A stretch of DNA of 64,000 nt from Mizuhopecten yessoensis (GCF_002113885.1 NW_018406714.1:90958-154957); one strand, 5' to 3'; positions 1 to 14,023 are shown, numbered from the stretch's first letter. Numbers and translations are program-made. The notes: generated from the sequence alone by a model not told the origin.

Positions 1-203
1 ATTTGGCTGCCATGGCCGCTATTTTGCTACTAAGTTCTAATAGGCCGATCTCACTTAAAATTGGTCTAGGAATGATCAGCTCATGGTCCTGACAAAGTTA
101 AGTTAACATTATACTATTTTTTACTCAAATTGGTACATATTTCAACAACAAAAATAAATACTGTAGACTCAGGTGACCGTTTAGGCCCATGGGCCTCTTG
201 TTT
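1..203 (+). mobile_element. 3' end of a Helentron-associated (HINE-type) non-autonomous element
   Basis: Ends in CAGGTGACCGTTTAGGCCCATGGGCCTCTTGTTT with the perfect palindrome AGGCCCATGGGCCT (183-196), a terminal structure typical of bivalve HINEs. Confidence 0.65.
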
Positions 204-1034
204 AATTTCCCCATATATGTTATGCCACCTTCATGAGAGGATGAGCAGTTCAATTTAACCATCGTCCGTAGTCTGTTGTCGCCCTAAAAAAACTTTGTTA
301 TTGCTATTTCTCAGAAAGAACATCATGTGTGTGGCCCCTCGTTCACTTTTGAGACTGTAAACAAAACAGGCCGACAGGTGGCCGTTTTGGATTAATAAAG
401 ATAAATCGTTTTCTTGCTATTTTTCGGAAATTGATGGATATCTGTCAGCTTTGCGGGTTCCCTTTGTGTTAAAAAGTAAAGGAAAAAAGTGAAAAGATCA
501 ATTTATTTAGAATTAATGAAGATTATACACATTGGGGTTCCCTGCGGCATATAACATTTTGACTGATTGTAAGCTATGGCCTAAAGCTTGAATCGTTGGT
601 TTTTAAAGGAACAGTTTAATGAGACTATTTATTTATCTAAACTTTTGCAGCTACCTTCTAGTCTTAAACTAAACCAATTTCATTTTGGGACTAACTGAAC
701 ACTAAGACATCCGACATATCGTCATCAGACGTTCCGGAAAACGAATTTATGTTGACAAGTTTTTTGGGATATGCTGAATGGATCTTTGACAATTTTAACA
801 TAAAAAGTAGCAGTGCTTCCTTAGGCTTATCAGTTAAAATTGTGTTATCATTATAATAAAATACATTTATGGTAAAGGCGTCTTATTCATCAATTGTCTA
901 AGGGTAAAGAGAAGCCTTGAAATGAAAATATGTCGGAGAGCTAATGAGATCTTACGATGGAAGGCACGAAGGTCCGTCAAGAACCTCTTGTTATCTATTT
1001 TTGTGATAAATATGACTTTCCATTTTTCCTTAAG

Positions 1035-1234
1035 GTACATTTGACTACAAGTTGAGCGTCAATCAAACTGAAATAGAGGCTATAAAACAGCTGTGCCAAG
1101 TCCCTTTCTCCCTGGGGTGTCGGGAAGATGTGTACAGGATGCTATCCACCCAGATGTGTGAAATGAACATCCGCCATCCTTCAACCGTCGAGGAAGCATT
1201 ACATTTGTACGAAAATTTGGTAGGAAATGTTTAA
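1035..1234 (+). CDS. Terminal exon of a putative integrase-core (IS3EU-like DDE) transposase; upstream exons not identified in the window
   Basis: Acceptor TTTTCCTTAAG| at 1034; phase-1 frame GTFDYKLSVNQTEIEAIKQLCQVPFSLGCREDVYRML...HPSTVEEALHLYENLVGNV*; AATAAA at 1265-1270. The GTxDY...GC...P.T.EEA..LY..L pattern resembles the C-terminus of animal integrase-core-domain proteins (recalled, not searched). Confidence 0.55.
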
Positions 1235-3141
1235 GAACAGAGACGCATGCAGTGTGAATCATTGAATAAAAATGGAAACTATTTTGCTGTTAATTGGTGT
1301 TTATTGCCTCATGCAAAGACTTTAAATCAATCAATTTAGCTTTGATCATAATTCAAAATATAATCGAGTGCAGTACTATGACATTCCTTGTAGTACATTT
1401 ACTAACATTAAAAAAGGGCTTAACGACTTCGCCTAAATTGTACAGAAATTTACATCATTTACACCAATAATAACCCTTTTTGTCTCTCTTAAACTCGTTT
1501 AACAAGTTAACAGAATTTTTGTTATCAATAAGATTTAAATATTTCTTGTATATAGTACATTCAAAAATAGTAATGTAATATCAGTCCGTTTCATGCTAAA
1601 GTGACAGTGATAAACATCAATATTATTTAATATATGGAATATATAATTATTTACCGTAAATAATCATCATCAATGAATAGAGAAATAAATTACGATCGAA
1701 TTTGCCACTTTGTCATTAAAGTGAAGCAAATGTTAAAGAAATCGGTCTTGTAAAACTGAATGATACATGTACAAGTCTCTAAAACGAATACTAAAGACAA
1801 AGAAACACATGGATAATGTTCTCTGAGACCATTAAATAAAATTGTCACCACAGAGCAAATATACGTTGATTAGAAAGATGCTTGCCAAGACATCGGATAA
1901 AAACTTAAAGTGAATTAAAAAATGCAGCATGAATTGAAGTTATGAAAATCATGACTTTTAAATGGATTTGTCAAAAACGTTATAGGAGCTCATGGAAAAA
2001 AAGGAAGTTATTGAAGAAGAGTGAATCATCGGACTATGAAATACAATGATAGATCGGGCGTATAAAAAGACAGCATATCGACCAATGTAGTAAAATACAA
2101 TCGACAGAGTAAAATATAACCAGTAAAATAAAACAATAACATTAATAACCAAATTTAAATGAAACTTTGACTATCTTTTTAAAAGGTTATTTCTAACGGA
2201 TAAGTAGAGATTTTCAAAAGTGTTAAAACATGTAATAAAACCACCTTTTAAACAAGCATAATGTGTATTGCCTAAGCAATAAATGTCCCCTACCGACTCC
2301 AAAAGCTATAATTAGTAATGAAGATGGAAGTCTTTGGTGGTTTGCTTAAAAAGACAAAAATGTACAATTACATTGTACATGAAGATCATTAGTAACACTT
2401 GGTCAAAAACGGAGAAAGCACTGTGTCAATTGAACTTGTTCTGTAATCCTTTTCTTCAGGAAACCCTGGAGTAAAGTTTTTGTTTATAGGGTCAAATCTC
2501 AAATCAATGTCTGACGACATAGGTTTTCAGGACAAAGACAGTATCAGATGGTACATTATAAGTTCCAATGGTCATACTTAGTTGAAAATCAGTGATTAAA
2601 AGTCGAAACTTATTTACACTTCAACTGCAAATTGTAATTACACAGGCACTATCAAATCTCGTGTTATCATCTAAAGGCATAAAAAAACCCTCAAAACATA
2701 AGGTTAGACGAGCAGACAAACGAGCATAGTTCCCACCTTTCCCCTACAAAGGGGACTTATAAAACTACGAAAATGTATGTTATTCTCTAGCCATAGAATT
2801 ATGCATGGACTGAAAGGTGTCCACTATAATGCCATTTCAATTAGCGCAAGTTCTGTATTTATTTTTAAAAATCGTTCTTACTACGCCCGTGGCACTTGAA
2901 TACTTAACAGGGTTTTTATTGTCAAAGAAAAATATAAAATATGAAAACTGCCATATGAAAAACATAATTCGTAATTAAAAGGGTTGAGAAATACCTGATT
3001 TCAAAAACAAAATCAGTTAAGATGAGCAATCATATCCAAATATTATAATCTAATCTGTTTTAAAGAATTCTATATTACATAAGCAAAATCTGGAACAAAC
3101 TCAGTGAAAAAGTATCAACGGGTGATCTCATACTTCTAAGT

Positions 3142-6100
3142 TTAAACCAGGTGAAATCCACCACCCCACTGAATAGCCTTCACCATGTCTTCGCAGAAAA
3201 CGTCTGGGTCAGAGTAACCTCTCCAAATGCACAATATCAGGCCACATGTATGTGCAGTTGGAAGTTGTTTCGAGCATCCGAAGGTTACTTCTAGCTTGTT
3301 TGGGAAGCCCAGCGGAGGTACCGACGATGCTCCAGTCCAAAAAGCAAGTACTTCTTCTAACGTCACGCCAGTGGTTCCCCCTTTATCAAAAATATAACAC
3401 ATTCATTCATTTTCCCATGAGTAACGACATTTTAATAACAAATATGCGGGAATAAAGCAAGATAATACTACCTTTAACATTCTAGATTAAAATTAGATTT
3501 CACAAGACAATACAGCAAATGACAGAACTTTTATTTATTTTTTAAGTGTAACAGGTTTCTTTGTTTTTTCTCCTTTTTTATCTTTATTGTTTTACATGTG
3601 ATATTTTTATGAACTCGAAGACAAACATTAGTTGACATAAAGCACAATTTTGTTCCAAGTTATTCGAAAGTATTAGGCCTAATGGAGATGATATGTAGTT
3701 GTGCTCACAAACGAGAGATCTGTAGAATCAAATAGCATGAAGGAATGAATGAACTGTGCCTTCTTTCAATATTCAATTTTTGTCGAAGAATTCATTTAGT
3801 TTTTGTCAAAATCTTTATTTGATTGTTGGTAAACTTTATCATCATGGCAAGTTAAATTCACATTCTTTAACTTGGTTTCTCGATTTTTTTTCTGTTTGTA
3901 TTATATATATACTGTATTATCATTATCGTTATCATCATCTTGGCATTCTTTACTCGTGACAATATCATCAGATTCTGCAAACGAAGGTGAAACAAAGAAC
4001 TGATGCCTTTGTGATTAATAGACTTTATCAAAGACGCAAAAAATTATCTTACCTTCAGAATCGGCTAAAAATGCCTCGAGACAGTAAATAGCATCATTCT
4101 CCATTGTTCTGTAATTTGATCCTTCAGGACTGAAGTCGATCTTATACAGTGATCTCAATGTTGGGAACGTGAGTTTGCTATGCTGGTACGTGAAAAGGTC
4201 TTTGAATTCATCGGGTGCCAACAGAATGGTGTTGAAGAAGCACCCAACTTTATTTAATCCCTCTTGATATTGCACTATTTCTGAGTGTACACTAAAAAGA
4301 TAATTGCAAATTAGTTAACATCAGCTTCTCAAAATCTGTTTTGCCAAAAAAAAAGCTTTCTTCCAACAAAGGGTTTCAAGACGCCCGTGGACAAAACGTT
4401 AAAAAGAGGAAGAACATTTGTTTATCCTAGTTTGTCTTTTAACAAACTCGAGAGTTATATGGTGTTTAACGTTCCTTCAAAATTTCATCTTAAGTCAAAA
4501 TGGTCGTTTTCATCTATTTTTAACTCGCACTCACACTGTCTTTCATAAGATTCGGGTTGATGGTATATGCTGGTATGTGTTATCTCGTCATCATGATCTC
4601 ATTGAGAAATATTCTGTTTTCTTGTGCGATATATATAAAGTGTATGACGTTTCTATCTTGTCCTCAATTTAAGAATGTGATATAACCTATTTTACAGTTG
4701 GTGTTATAATACTTTATCAAGGTCTCCTTGTAAACCCTTCTTTTGTTCACATGTGGTCCTTTTTTCATCGATATTGAGTTTTGAATTATGATTTAGTTCG
4801 AACATTGATATTGTTTGTTTAACACCAATTACAAATAAATTGCTTCATAAATATATAACACGCAATGTACACTTGGCATAGCTTATGAACAGACAGACTG
4901 ATTTACAGAAAAAGTGATTCCAATACATCCCTCACATGCATCCTATTCCCCATCACAAACAAGCAGAAATACTCGGTACTGACAATCGACACTGTCAACT
5001 CACCGATAGTAAATTTCGTTCTTCACAAGAACTTGAAAAAGTTCGCTCTTTTTTTCAATGTGTTGGTAGCTAATGCTAAACAGCCCTTGGTCTGCACACC
5101 ATTCGCTGCAGTCATCCAATGCTTGTGTATATTCTTGTTGTGTAAGTGCTTGTTGTATCTAAGAAATAAAATAAATGTGAAAGAGGTATCAGCGAACATT
5201 CTTCAACTACAGCTAAAAAGGAAACTGAAATACCAATCAGTACGTTCCTGCATTTACACACAAAAAATAGGCCAGCAAATAATAAAAGGCGTTAATTTGT
5301 GTTGCTGTATAAGGATTCAATACTAAGTTTAAAGCTATGAAATTGATAAAAGAAGGCGTTTGCCCTGAATTTGAACTTTCTTGCAAATTTTAACATTATA
5401 GATAAAACCTGATGAAAATGATTAAAAAAGAAACAAATAAAAAAAGTGCCAAATTGGTAAGCGTCGAATTAAGATTACCGCTATAGCATGGACAGCAGGC
5501 TAATGCTATGTCGAGCCTAGGTGAAATGCCATTTTGTGTTTAGTTCCTTCATGTGTATATATATCAATTTTTGATAAATGCTTATGAATACTTACAAAGC
5601 ATAAATAACTTTCGAATGCTGGTTTCTGGTGATCGAAAACAAAAATAAAAAATAAAATCATTTAAGCAGAACGTACGAAAACAACCAAAATAAAGTCAAA
5701 CAACTACCTTTAGAAGCCTTTCCCTGACATCAAGATCAATCACACAGTTTTCAATGGCGGGGAGATTGTTTGGCTCTCTGTTCGTGAGGAAATGGTAAAG
5801 TGCCATGTTAAACACGGGAAATCCTTGTCCACCATGCAGAATAGAGAAACTTGCCAATCTGCCTGCCATTTCGTATGTTTTATACGAGAGCTTCCTGAGA
5901 TCGTGACAAAAAAAAATGCCCATCTGTAGATCCCTGCTGAATTTCGTTCTCCATGTCTTTCATCAGCAAGCTATCGGATACAAGACATAGAATGTACATT
6001 CAACTTTTGTGTCAGATTATTTCTTATAGGAACTGGTACATATACTAATATTTACATTTGGTGTGGCAAAGCCCTTCTATATTACTACTAAAGTACCGCC

Positions 6101-8375
6101 AATAACAGCTTCATCTTATGAGACTATAACTGAAGTTGGTCTTTGCACCTCCGAGCGACTTAACAGTGTCGCTACCGAACTTATCGGTATCTTCTGCTTT
6201 GATCCCTAACACCAGCTGCCTATCTCAAGTGTCTGTGAGATCAACAAACAATTTAACGCCTGGATTTTTCACCAATTCAACCTTCTCCGGTTGCACGATC
6301 AACATCAACAACAAGCCGGACCGCAAATATAACTCTGACCTGATTACTGCGGGCTTCCGTTGAGTGCGTGCGCCGGATATAGGTCGGAATAAAATCGGAA
6401 AAATGTTTTACGACACTTGATTAGTTACTTACAAAATGTCACTTGTTACTTTTTATGAATCGAGAATATGATAAATATATAAATCAAAATCAAATGAATT
6501 ATTAACGACAGTTGCGGAGTCTTTTCAATTTTGTATGGAAAATAGCGTATGACGTCTGCTGTTATATTTGTGCCGTTCTAGATACTGACCTGACCTGACG
6601 GTAGTAAGCGGGAAATTTGAAATTTGGAAAAAACATAATTTATTTTTTGCGAATTCTCATTATGGAAATATTAATATAAGCAATAGACTGCATAGATGTG
6701 GCAGACCAACTGGTATAACTGCCACATGTGTCACAGACAAACTTAACATGGTGCGCGTTACTGGTCATAACCCTCAAGACTACGGGGAGGGAAAGGAACA
6801 CATATATGTATGTGGATTTGTTTACCCATTAATATCACAAAATGAACAAAAATATAGTTTTGGTTTTATGTTGTTTAACGTCCTATCAGCAGATATTGTC
6901 ATTTAAGGAGGGACAAAAATATGAAACGTTCGAACGTTCCTTTTAATAAAATAGATCATAATATGGATATGGGCCGATAATAACCAGAACGAAGCGTTAA
7001 GGTTGTTCAATTTAACTCAATCACCAGCTGACATGTTATGGAATTCCGTGTCTTGGACAACTGTCAGTAGTTTTAATATATTGTTAAATATGTTTTCATG
7101 TATTTGTATCCACATTTCAGTGTGATACAATTATCGTTCTAAGCATTGCACTAGCAATAAATTATTATGCATTAAACATGGTCGAGCATAATAGAATTGA
7201 TATGGTGCGTAAATGAGGCTCCATATGTCAGAATATAGATGTAACAGCTTTATCATCCGGAATTGTTACACTGTTTTACAGATGGAAATGTTCTCAAAAC
7301 TCTTTTTCTTTATCGAGGTCAGGAGAAAATGCTGTTCCCCACTTTGCAGACAAAACGGACATCTCAATCCTCTGCATAGAAATTTGATACATCTGTACAT
7401 CTATATGATCTTAGGGGCATTCTAAGTATGTTTAAAGTATACAAGTGACTATAGTTTTGAAGTGTTTCCTTTCAAAGTGTTGTTAGTCTAAGGTGTTACC
7501 GGAGAAATTCACGCTTAGGACCCCCGAGGTCGTCTCCAACTTCGCCACGAAAGGTTATCTTAATTGGACGGCAACAGTTCCAGTCTTCTCTTGATACGAT
7601 CCTCATGATCGACTTAAGAATATTAGCCCGATGTATCAACATAAGGACGGGCTCGTCCGTAGTGAGAGTTTGTTTTATCCACCAAGACAAAAGACCTTTC
7701 AAAGATAAGTCCGATCTGAAAAAAATATTTACATGGGTATATAAATCGATAGGCAAATATAATGTGGGCCCCATTTTCGAGAAATACCTATTGATGACCA
7801 CATCAAAGATTGTACGAAAGACACACAAGTGAATATTACCTTTCAATACAAATTACAAATTTAGATTAGACACAGTAGAGTCAAATAATGAATTGAACTG
7901 CATCATACAGCTGTTTCGTCCTTAATCTATGAATCATCATGTCATTCTCAGGAATTTGGAAAAACAAAATCAACCATACATATTGTGTAAAGAACAATGA
8001 TGGAAAATAATGAATAAGATCCCAAAGAGAATTTTGTTTTAGCTTCGAATATGTCACGATGGCTGACATTCTGCCATACTGTTCTTTAATTCTTGTAAAA
8101 CACATCTGGACTTGGTAACTGAAACACAGAAAATTACAAAAATGGATTTCAAAGTTATGCCATCTGATGAATACTTACGGTCCAACTACACTGCCATCGT
8201 CATTATCAACATCACAGGAAGGTTCTGGTACTGTGGCGGGAGCAGCAGGCGGAGGTTCCGATGTATGAGTCGATTCCGGAGGAACCACCTCCGAGATTGT
8301 ATGTGGTGATGGCATGGATTCATCCTCATCTGAGACTTGTAAAACTGGCCGTGATCTCCGTAATCTCAGTTGATT
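3142..8375 (-). CDS. HECT-domain E3 ubiquitin ligase, G2E3-like; exons 8179-8375, 7500-7715, 5708-5970, 5004-5158, 4053-4291, 3142-3380; 5' end unresolved (candidate micro-exon 8715-8754)
   Basis: All introns GT-AG with compatible phases. HECT motifs ITFRGEVGDDLGGPKREFLR, YEMAGRLASFSILHGGQG, IDFSPEGSN, VLAFWTGASSVPPLGF, catalytic LPTAHTC, terminal GGFHLV*. Summed exon length 1309 nt = 3n+1, extra base in the A9 run at 5908-5916. Confidence 0.88.
6100..6700 (+). mobile_element. Possible 3' fragment of a Crypton-type (tyrosine recombinase) element inside a HECT intron
   Basis: ORF 6136-6363 is Ser/Thr-rich and ends GFFTNSTFSGCTININN, similar to the C-terminal F..CT.NIN tail of Crypton-family proteins; no catalytic motif visible. 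Confidence 0.4.
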
Positions 8376-9148
8376 CTATTGAAATAAATCGAACTATTCC
8401 AGGGTATTTGTGGCAAATATTCACTTATCTCTTGTGTTCATTAAGCGGAAAAGTTTCTTTTTCTGTAGATACCAATAAGCTTACATTACCAACCTGTCTC
8501 AACTTGAGTTTTTTCTTGTGAAAACAATTTTTGTCATAATGTAATAATTACCATGGCTTTAGTATGCATACTAAATGCCTACATCCATCGTTGCATCACC
8601 TTAACAAAGGATTTCAAATAATCCCGACTACCATTCTCACAGTGTTTTGGTATTACATCAACAATACAAAGATATACTCATTTTACTTAATAAAGTACAT
8701 GTATGGACTCTTACCACACGACGAAATGAAATCCTCGTCCTCCTCGGCATTTGCCTGAATAGGAGTTAAAATGAGATTAAAATTTTATCATTCTATTAGC
8801 CAATGAAAAGCAACGAACCGAAGCCGTCGGGTGTTTTTGTTATGAAATAATAAAAACGTATTTATTAGTAAGTATGTAATAAATGGATATATTCACTGGA
8901 TAACAGGGTAGTTGTGTAATAAATATGTATTTATTTGTACAATTTTAACTCTAATGACGAAAAATAAGATTTGACATATGATTATGCGACTCTCGTCAAC
9001 CTGTTCATGAAAACTTCCGTGTCGTCAAATCGATTTAACCATTTGTTACATTGTAAACTTTGAATGAATACTTTAATGGGTACAGTTTCAGGGAGCAACA
9101 TTAACATGCATGCAATTGCACATGAAACATGGTAAGGAATGCAGAAGG

Positions 9149-9305
9149 CAGGGTACGATATATACAGTGTACAAGGTAGGGTAGACAGGGTACGAGATAT
9201 ACCGTGTCCAAGGTACGGTAGACAGGGGACGATATATACAGTGTCCAAGGCACGGTAGACAGGGTACGATATATACAGTGTCCAAGGTACGGAGGACAGG
9301 GTACA
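9149..9305. repeat. 37-bp minisatellite, about 4.2 copies
   Basis: Unit CAGGGTACGATATATACAGTGTCCAAGGCACGGTAGA starting at 9149, 9186, 9223, 9260, 9297. Confidence 0.95.
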
Positions 9306-9562
9306 GATCACTGAAAACACTAAAAAGTCTATTTGGTCCATTCGTACGAGTTGTAATATTTGGTTACTTTTTCAAATTCACACCGATCCGACGACAAGGC
9401 CGGGTCCATATTACACTTTATAGATCAACTGTTGTAATATTAAATTCCAAAATATATACTTTGCCAACTCCTAGTGAAGAAATTGTTATTGAACATGTTA
9501 TAGCTTTAGAATGGCAGGGTGCATATGGATATATACACTTCTTCTTTTCTTCCATAATCTAA

Positions 9563-9873
9563 TATGGTGGTTATTATCTATGGTTTGCGCATGTGTAACA
9601 GGAAGGCGACAAGACGACAAAGCGACAAGACGACAAGTCGACAACACGACAACAAGACATTTTACCGCGACAAAACGAGATTCTGTACGCGCTAATTAGC
9701 GTGTTCAAAATGTCGTGTTGGCGTGTTGCCGCCTTGTCGCCTTGTCGTGTTGTCGCCTTGTCGCGGTTTGAAAACACAACAAGACGACATTTTGTCTATT
9801 AAATCTCGAGTTGTCGCAGCTTGTGACAAGACGACAAGACGACAACACGAGATGGCCGTAATCAGCCACCATA
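9563..9873. mobile_element. MITE with TATGG...CCATA termini (IS3EU-type) and ACGACAA subterminal repeats
   Basis: Left TATGGTGGTTATTA; right end reverse-complements to TATGGTGGCTGATTA; internal ACGACAA/TTGTCG arrays in both orientations. No matching TSD seen. Confidence 0.7.
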
Positions 9874-12800
9874 CTTATATGACATAGGCCTTCCCACTGT
9901 TATTGCACTTATTGGAGACAATATACACAAATATTTGATAATATCCATGAATGGTTTATATATTATGAACGGCATAGTGCGATGTTTTCTCTATCAAACA
10001 TGTACATCACAAGATATTTTATCAGCCCTATCGAAACATGACGCGGTGTGTTCAAGACAGGGATTGAAAGACATGTTTGTTACAAACTTGTTACACATTT
10101 AATCAATTTAGTAACGCAGTGTTTCTAATAAAGGTTTATCTAAGATAACTTTGCTATATTATTGGAGTTATTTTGTACCAGAGTGGAACCCACTTATTAT
10201 GATGTCGTTTATTATAATTTGTTCCCCATATGCCGATTTTATCCTTAAAGTAACTAAATATAAGCACAAAAATCGTTTATCATGATATGGTCCAAGGTTG
10301 GACCCCACTTATTATAATATTTGTTCTGTCGTGAATGAATTTTATAAGGTAAAAACTCAGGTAAGTTGTCCGTGTTTGACACCAGGACAATTGAACAATA
10401 GGTCGAGCTAACTGTACATCGCCCGAGGTAATTAACTGTCCACCCAAGGTAAACTTTTCACACCCCGCTTCACCCTTGTCAGTGGCAAACAATAGATCGA
10501 CCATCGATTTCTAGTCATTAATTTTGGTCTAAACAAAACATGTGCGGTAGTTAATTGCTATCTAAAATACACTGTTGGACCGTGTATCAAATGGAAATGA
10601 TAAGGCCAAACTGATTTAAATCATCTGTCACATGGCTCCGTTAACCTACCGACATTTTCTGACACAAATTCTTATAAGAAAACGAGCACGCTTTCCAGTT
10701 TTTATTCATTTGAGCAATGGATTTTCTATCTTTATTGCATTACAAGTTGATTTCCCCGTGTTTCCGTTGAAAAAGTGTCAAAATCGGGGCATGCCAGGAC
10801 GGTGCTGGAAATCGATCCATAGTTAACGTTATTGTCGTAAACAACTGACGACGACTGCTTTACTTACAATATACACCATTTTTGTTCAAAAGAATATTTG
10901 ATTATTGTTAAAAAAGAAATATTTTTCCGTTTTTAGTTGTTATTGTTTCTTTGCAATTTGATTTCACCGTACGAATTGCGAGGCATGTAATTGTCATGTG
11001 ATCGTAATTTACATAGGGCGGCAACATATTATGACGCTTATGGGCCAAAATTTAATGCAACTTCTTGGTGCAAAAAAGGTAAATTATGACTATTTATATC
11101 ACTTCTTCCATCATATTGACTGTTACATTACGATGTCGTTAGCTAGGATGAAGTATAATGATAGTTCTTGCTCGAAGTTATTTGAAAGTGAAAGTAGAAT
11201 CTACATACTGATCATTACGACGACAAAATGAAATCTTCTCGATTTTTTTCAACAAGCTGATATAAATGAAATGAAAAAATCAATTTCAATTATTACTTCA
11301 TCAATTTGTATTAACATCTTATCAGGTTTCCAAATTAATCTATGTCTGATGATTATAGAGCATCTCACTTCCGGTTCAGATAACCTAATAGTATAAACGA
11401 TCGAAAACAGCTTAATCGTTTTGTTTTTTGTAATATATCGGGGTGGGTTTTTTCTGGCAAAGAAAATAACATAATAAGATGGTTCCACTGTGCTGTTTTT
11501 TTATAATTCTGACAGAATTTCGGACTCCTGTGGTTCAAATGTTGCATGTGGTCAGGCAATAATATGTTTTAACAGAGGAAATATATTGGGCTCATATTAC
11601 CGTACTATGCCGACTGCATCATCGAGTATCTTGACGTGTGAACTGAATGCTTTTGTAAAGATTGCGTGGCAAGGTACGTACTCTGAATGAGTGAATAATA
11701 TGTGCATGTGTTCCGACATAGACAGTGTGCAATATAAATTAAACTTTAGAATGATAGTATGTATCACCCTAAGCTTGTAAAAAGCCAATATATAGTCCAC
11801 GTTTCTGACGCACTGTCACCTTGATGTTGATGTCAATATATTATGTTTGGGTTCATTGCAAGCGTCTCTGTGGAAAGATAAGCATATCCTGCCTACTGAC
11901 AGATTGCATAATAATTATATATACATTTGTTTAGACATTTTCAGCCGATACTTAGAAATTGAAGTTTTAATCCGAAAATCGTTTTTTTGCATGATGAATT
12001 AACAGGTATTTTTTTTTCTGATGAAAAATTGAAATAAATACAATTTGTTTTAGTAATATATTCGTGATTAATTCCACTCTGGCATTTTTCATGCGTAGTA
12101 AAATAAACTGGAATGGTGACACCTGTCCAAAAATCTGTATCTGCCCCTGGTCTGGTTCTGCTTTCATACTGTAATAATATGCATTTCTGCTGGTAATGTT
12201 CATATAGCGGGTTGCAGCGCAAATGTAAATATATAATTATGCATTCGAAAGTCATCTCTTTATTTATGGCAGAAGCAGAGCCAAAAGCTTCTTGAAGCAG
12301 TACTTGTGGTTGGTCTTCGGAGGGAAAATACTTTTCAGATTATTGCCAACATAGACATTAGATAAGAGTAAATATTTGTTCACATCAGTTTCAGCGAATT
12401 TAAATGGTGTTTATCCTGCATTTCAACTGAATGTTTTATGTTCGTTTTCCTAAAATGTTATATATTCAGTACTTTGATATATTAATATGTGTCTTTAATA
12501 TTAATTAAACTTTACTGGTAGCATCTGCCCTCGATTTAAGCCAGACTACGTAGACTAGCGTCTTGTATTATTGAACGCTCTTCCCAAATATCCATTGAGA
12601 ATATATCTGTAACGTGTAAACAAAACCTAATCAACAACATTTATCTCGTACCTGCATAATAACTGTACCATCAACCTTCGTATATCAACACGCTCAATAA
12701 TAAGCAAGTGGGCTCATACATGTAATTATAAATATACTCTCCATAATTAAAGGCAAAGCGACCTCACAATATTTTCATATTAAAAGCCAAGTGGCCTCAC

Positions 12801-14023
12801 AATAATTTCTTATCAAATAGCCAAGTGGCCTGAATATTTACACATCCTTACCGTTTCCACATGAGTGAACAAAAACTACAACGCCATACGAATGATAGTA
12901 AGTGGGCGTGTCCTGTCAGCCAATCACAGTCTTTATATAGCTAAGCACGTGGCCACCACACAAATGCAAATCACTACTAACCAATCACATGGCTACAACT
13001 CATTGTTGATACTCAAAGCGTACTACTACCACATAGCCTTTAAAAGCGGATGAACTAAACAGTGACTTGTGTGAGCCTGGTACAAAAATACGGTCACTCT
13101 CGGTGAAATCATTCAAATATCCCACTTGGCAAAATCTTTTTAGTTAAGATGACGTCACTTATCCTCTCATATTTTTTTATTTGTACTTATTGGAATGGAC
13201 GCTGGCTTCCTGTCTGTGCCCTCACAAATGATCCATCTGGGGTGACCTGAGTGGGACCTCTGAGGAAGCTATCTATACTACCTCTTATCTACTCCATATA
13301 AAACCGTTTAAATGTCTCACTTTGCAAACCATTTTTACTTAATATGATCCCTTTGTCATACTTATTCGGGGAGGATAGTTTTTATTTGTGATGTGTTATT
13401 TTGGTGGAAGAAAATTCATATTTATTAACTTTAAACTAATATGTCCTATCCAGCTACTTTCAGATTATCCCAAATTTTAATATTTCATCTCTTTTTCTGC
13501 CTGGAGTGACCCCGCCCGATATTTTGACGTGCAGGTACACTTAGTTTCTGTTCCAATGTTTATACCTTGTCTACACATAGATCATACATCAGTTTTATAT
13601 TTATTTACTACTTTAATTCGCATTTTTATCTAGTTATTCACTTATATCACGGATTCATACTTTTGAAGATGGTTTCCTCACTGTAATTAGCGTTTTGCTA
13701 CGAGACGGCCGAAGGGATATTGTGTTATCTACAGCATACTATACAAGTAGTAATTGTGTTTTTGTTATGTATTTGGTAATGAAGTGTTATTTCATTGGGT
13801 ATGGACATCTTATATGTTATATGTTGTGATATATTTACCTTAGATGAAGTAAGAATTTGTATTCATTATGAACTGTTTTGCATCGCATGTTATCTTATCG
13901 AGTCAAATAATTTTTGAAAGTAGGCAATAACACTTTGCCGTGTATAATAAACCTGCGTTTGGTTGCATTATTTAAAAAAATAAATATTTCAATTGAATAT
14001 TTAATTAATAAAAAATGTACGAA

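Noticed and set aside
9088-9341. Cys/Tyr/Pro-repeat ORFs
   Set aside because: Products of the 37-bp minisatellite.
9563-9873. Right terminus of the proposed integrase-HECT element
   Set aside because: It has both of its own ends, so it reads as an independent MITE, and the HECT 5' exons are unresolved; kept only as circumstantial support.
10280-12420. Possible further exons (10280-10504, 11576-11673, 12250-12415)
   Set aside because: No recognisable protein motif or phase-consistent link to the HECT gene.
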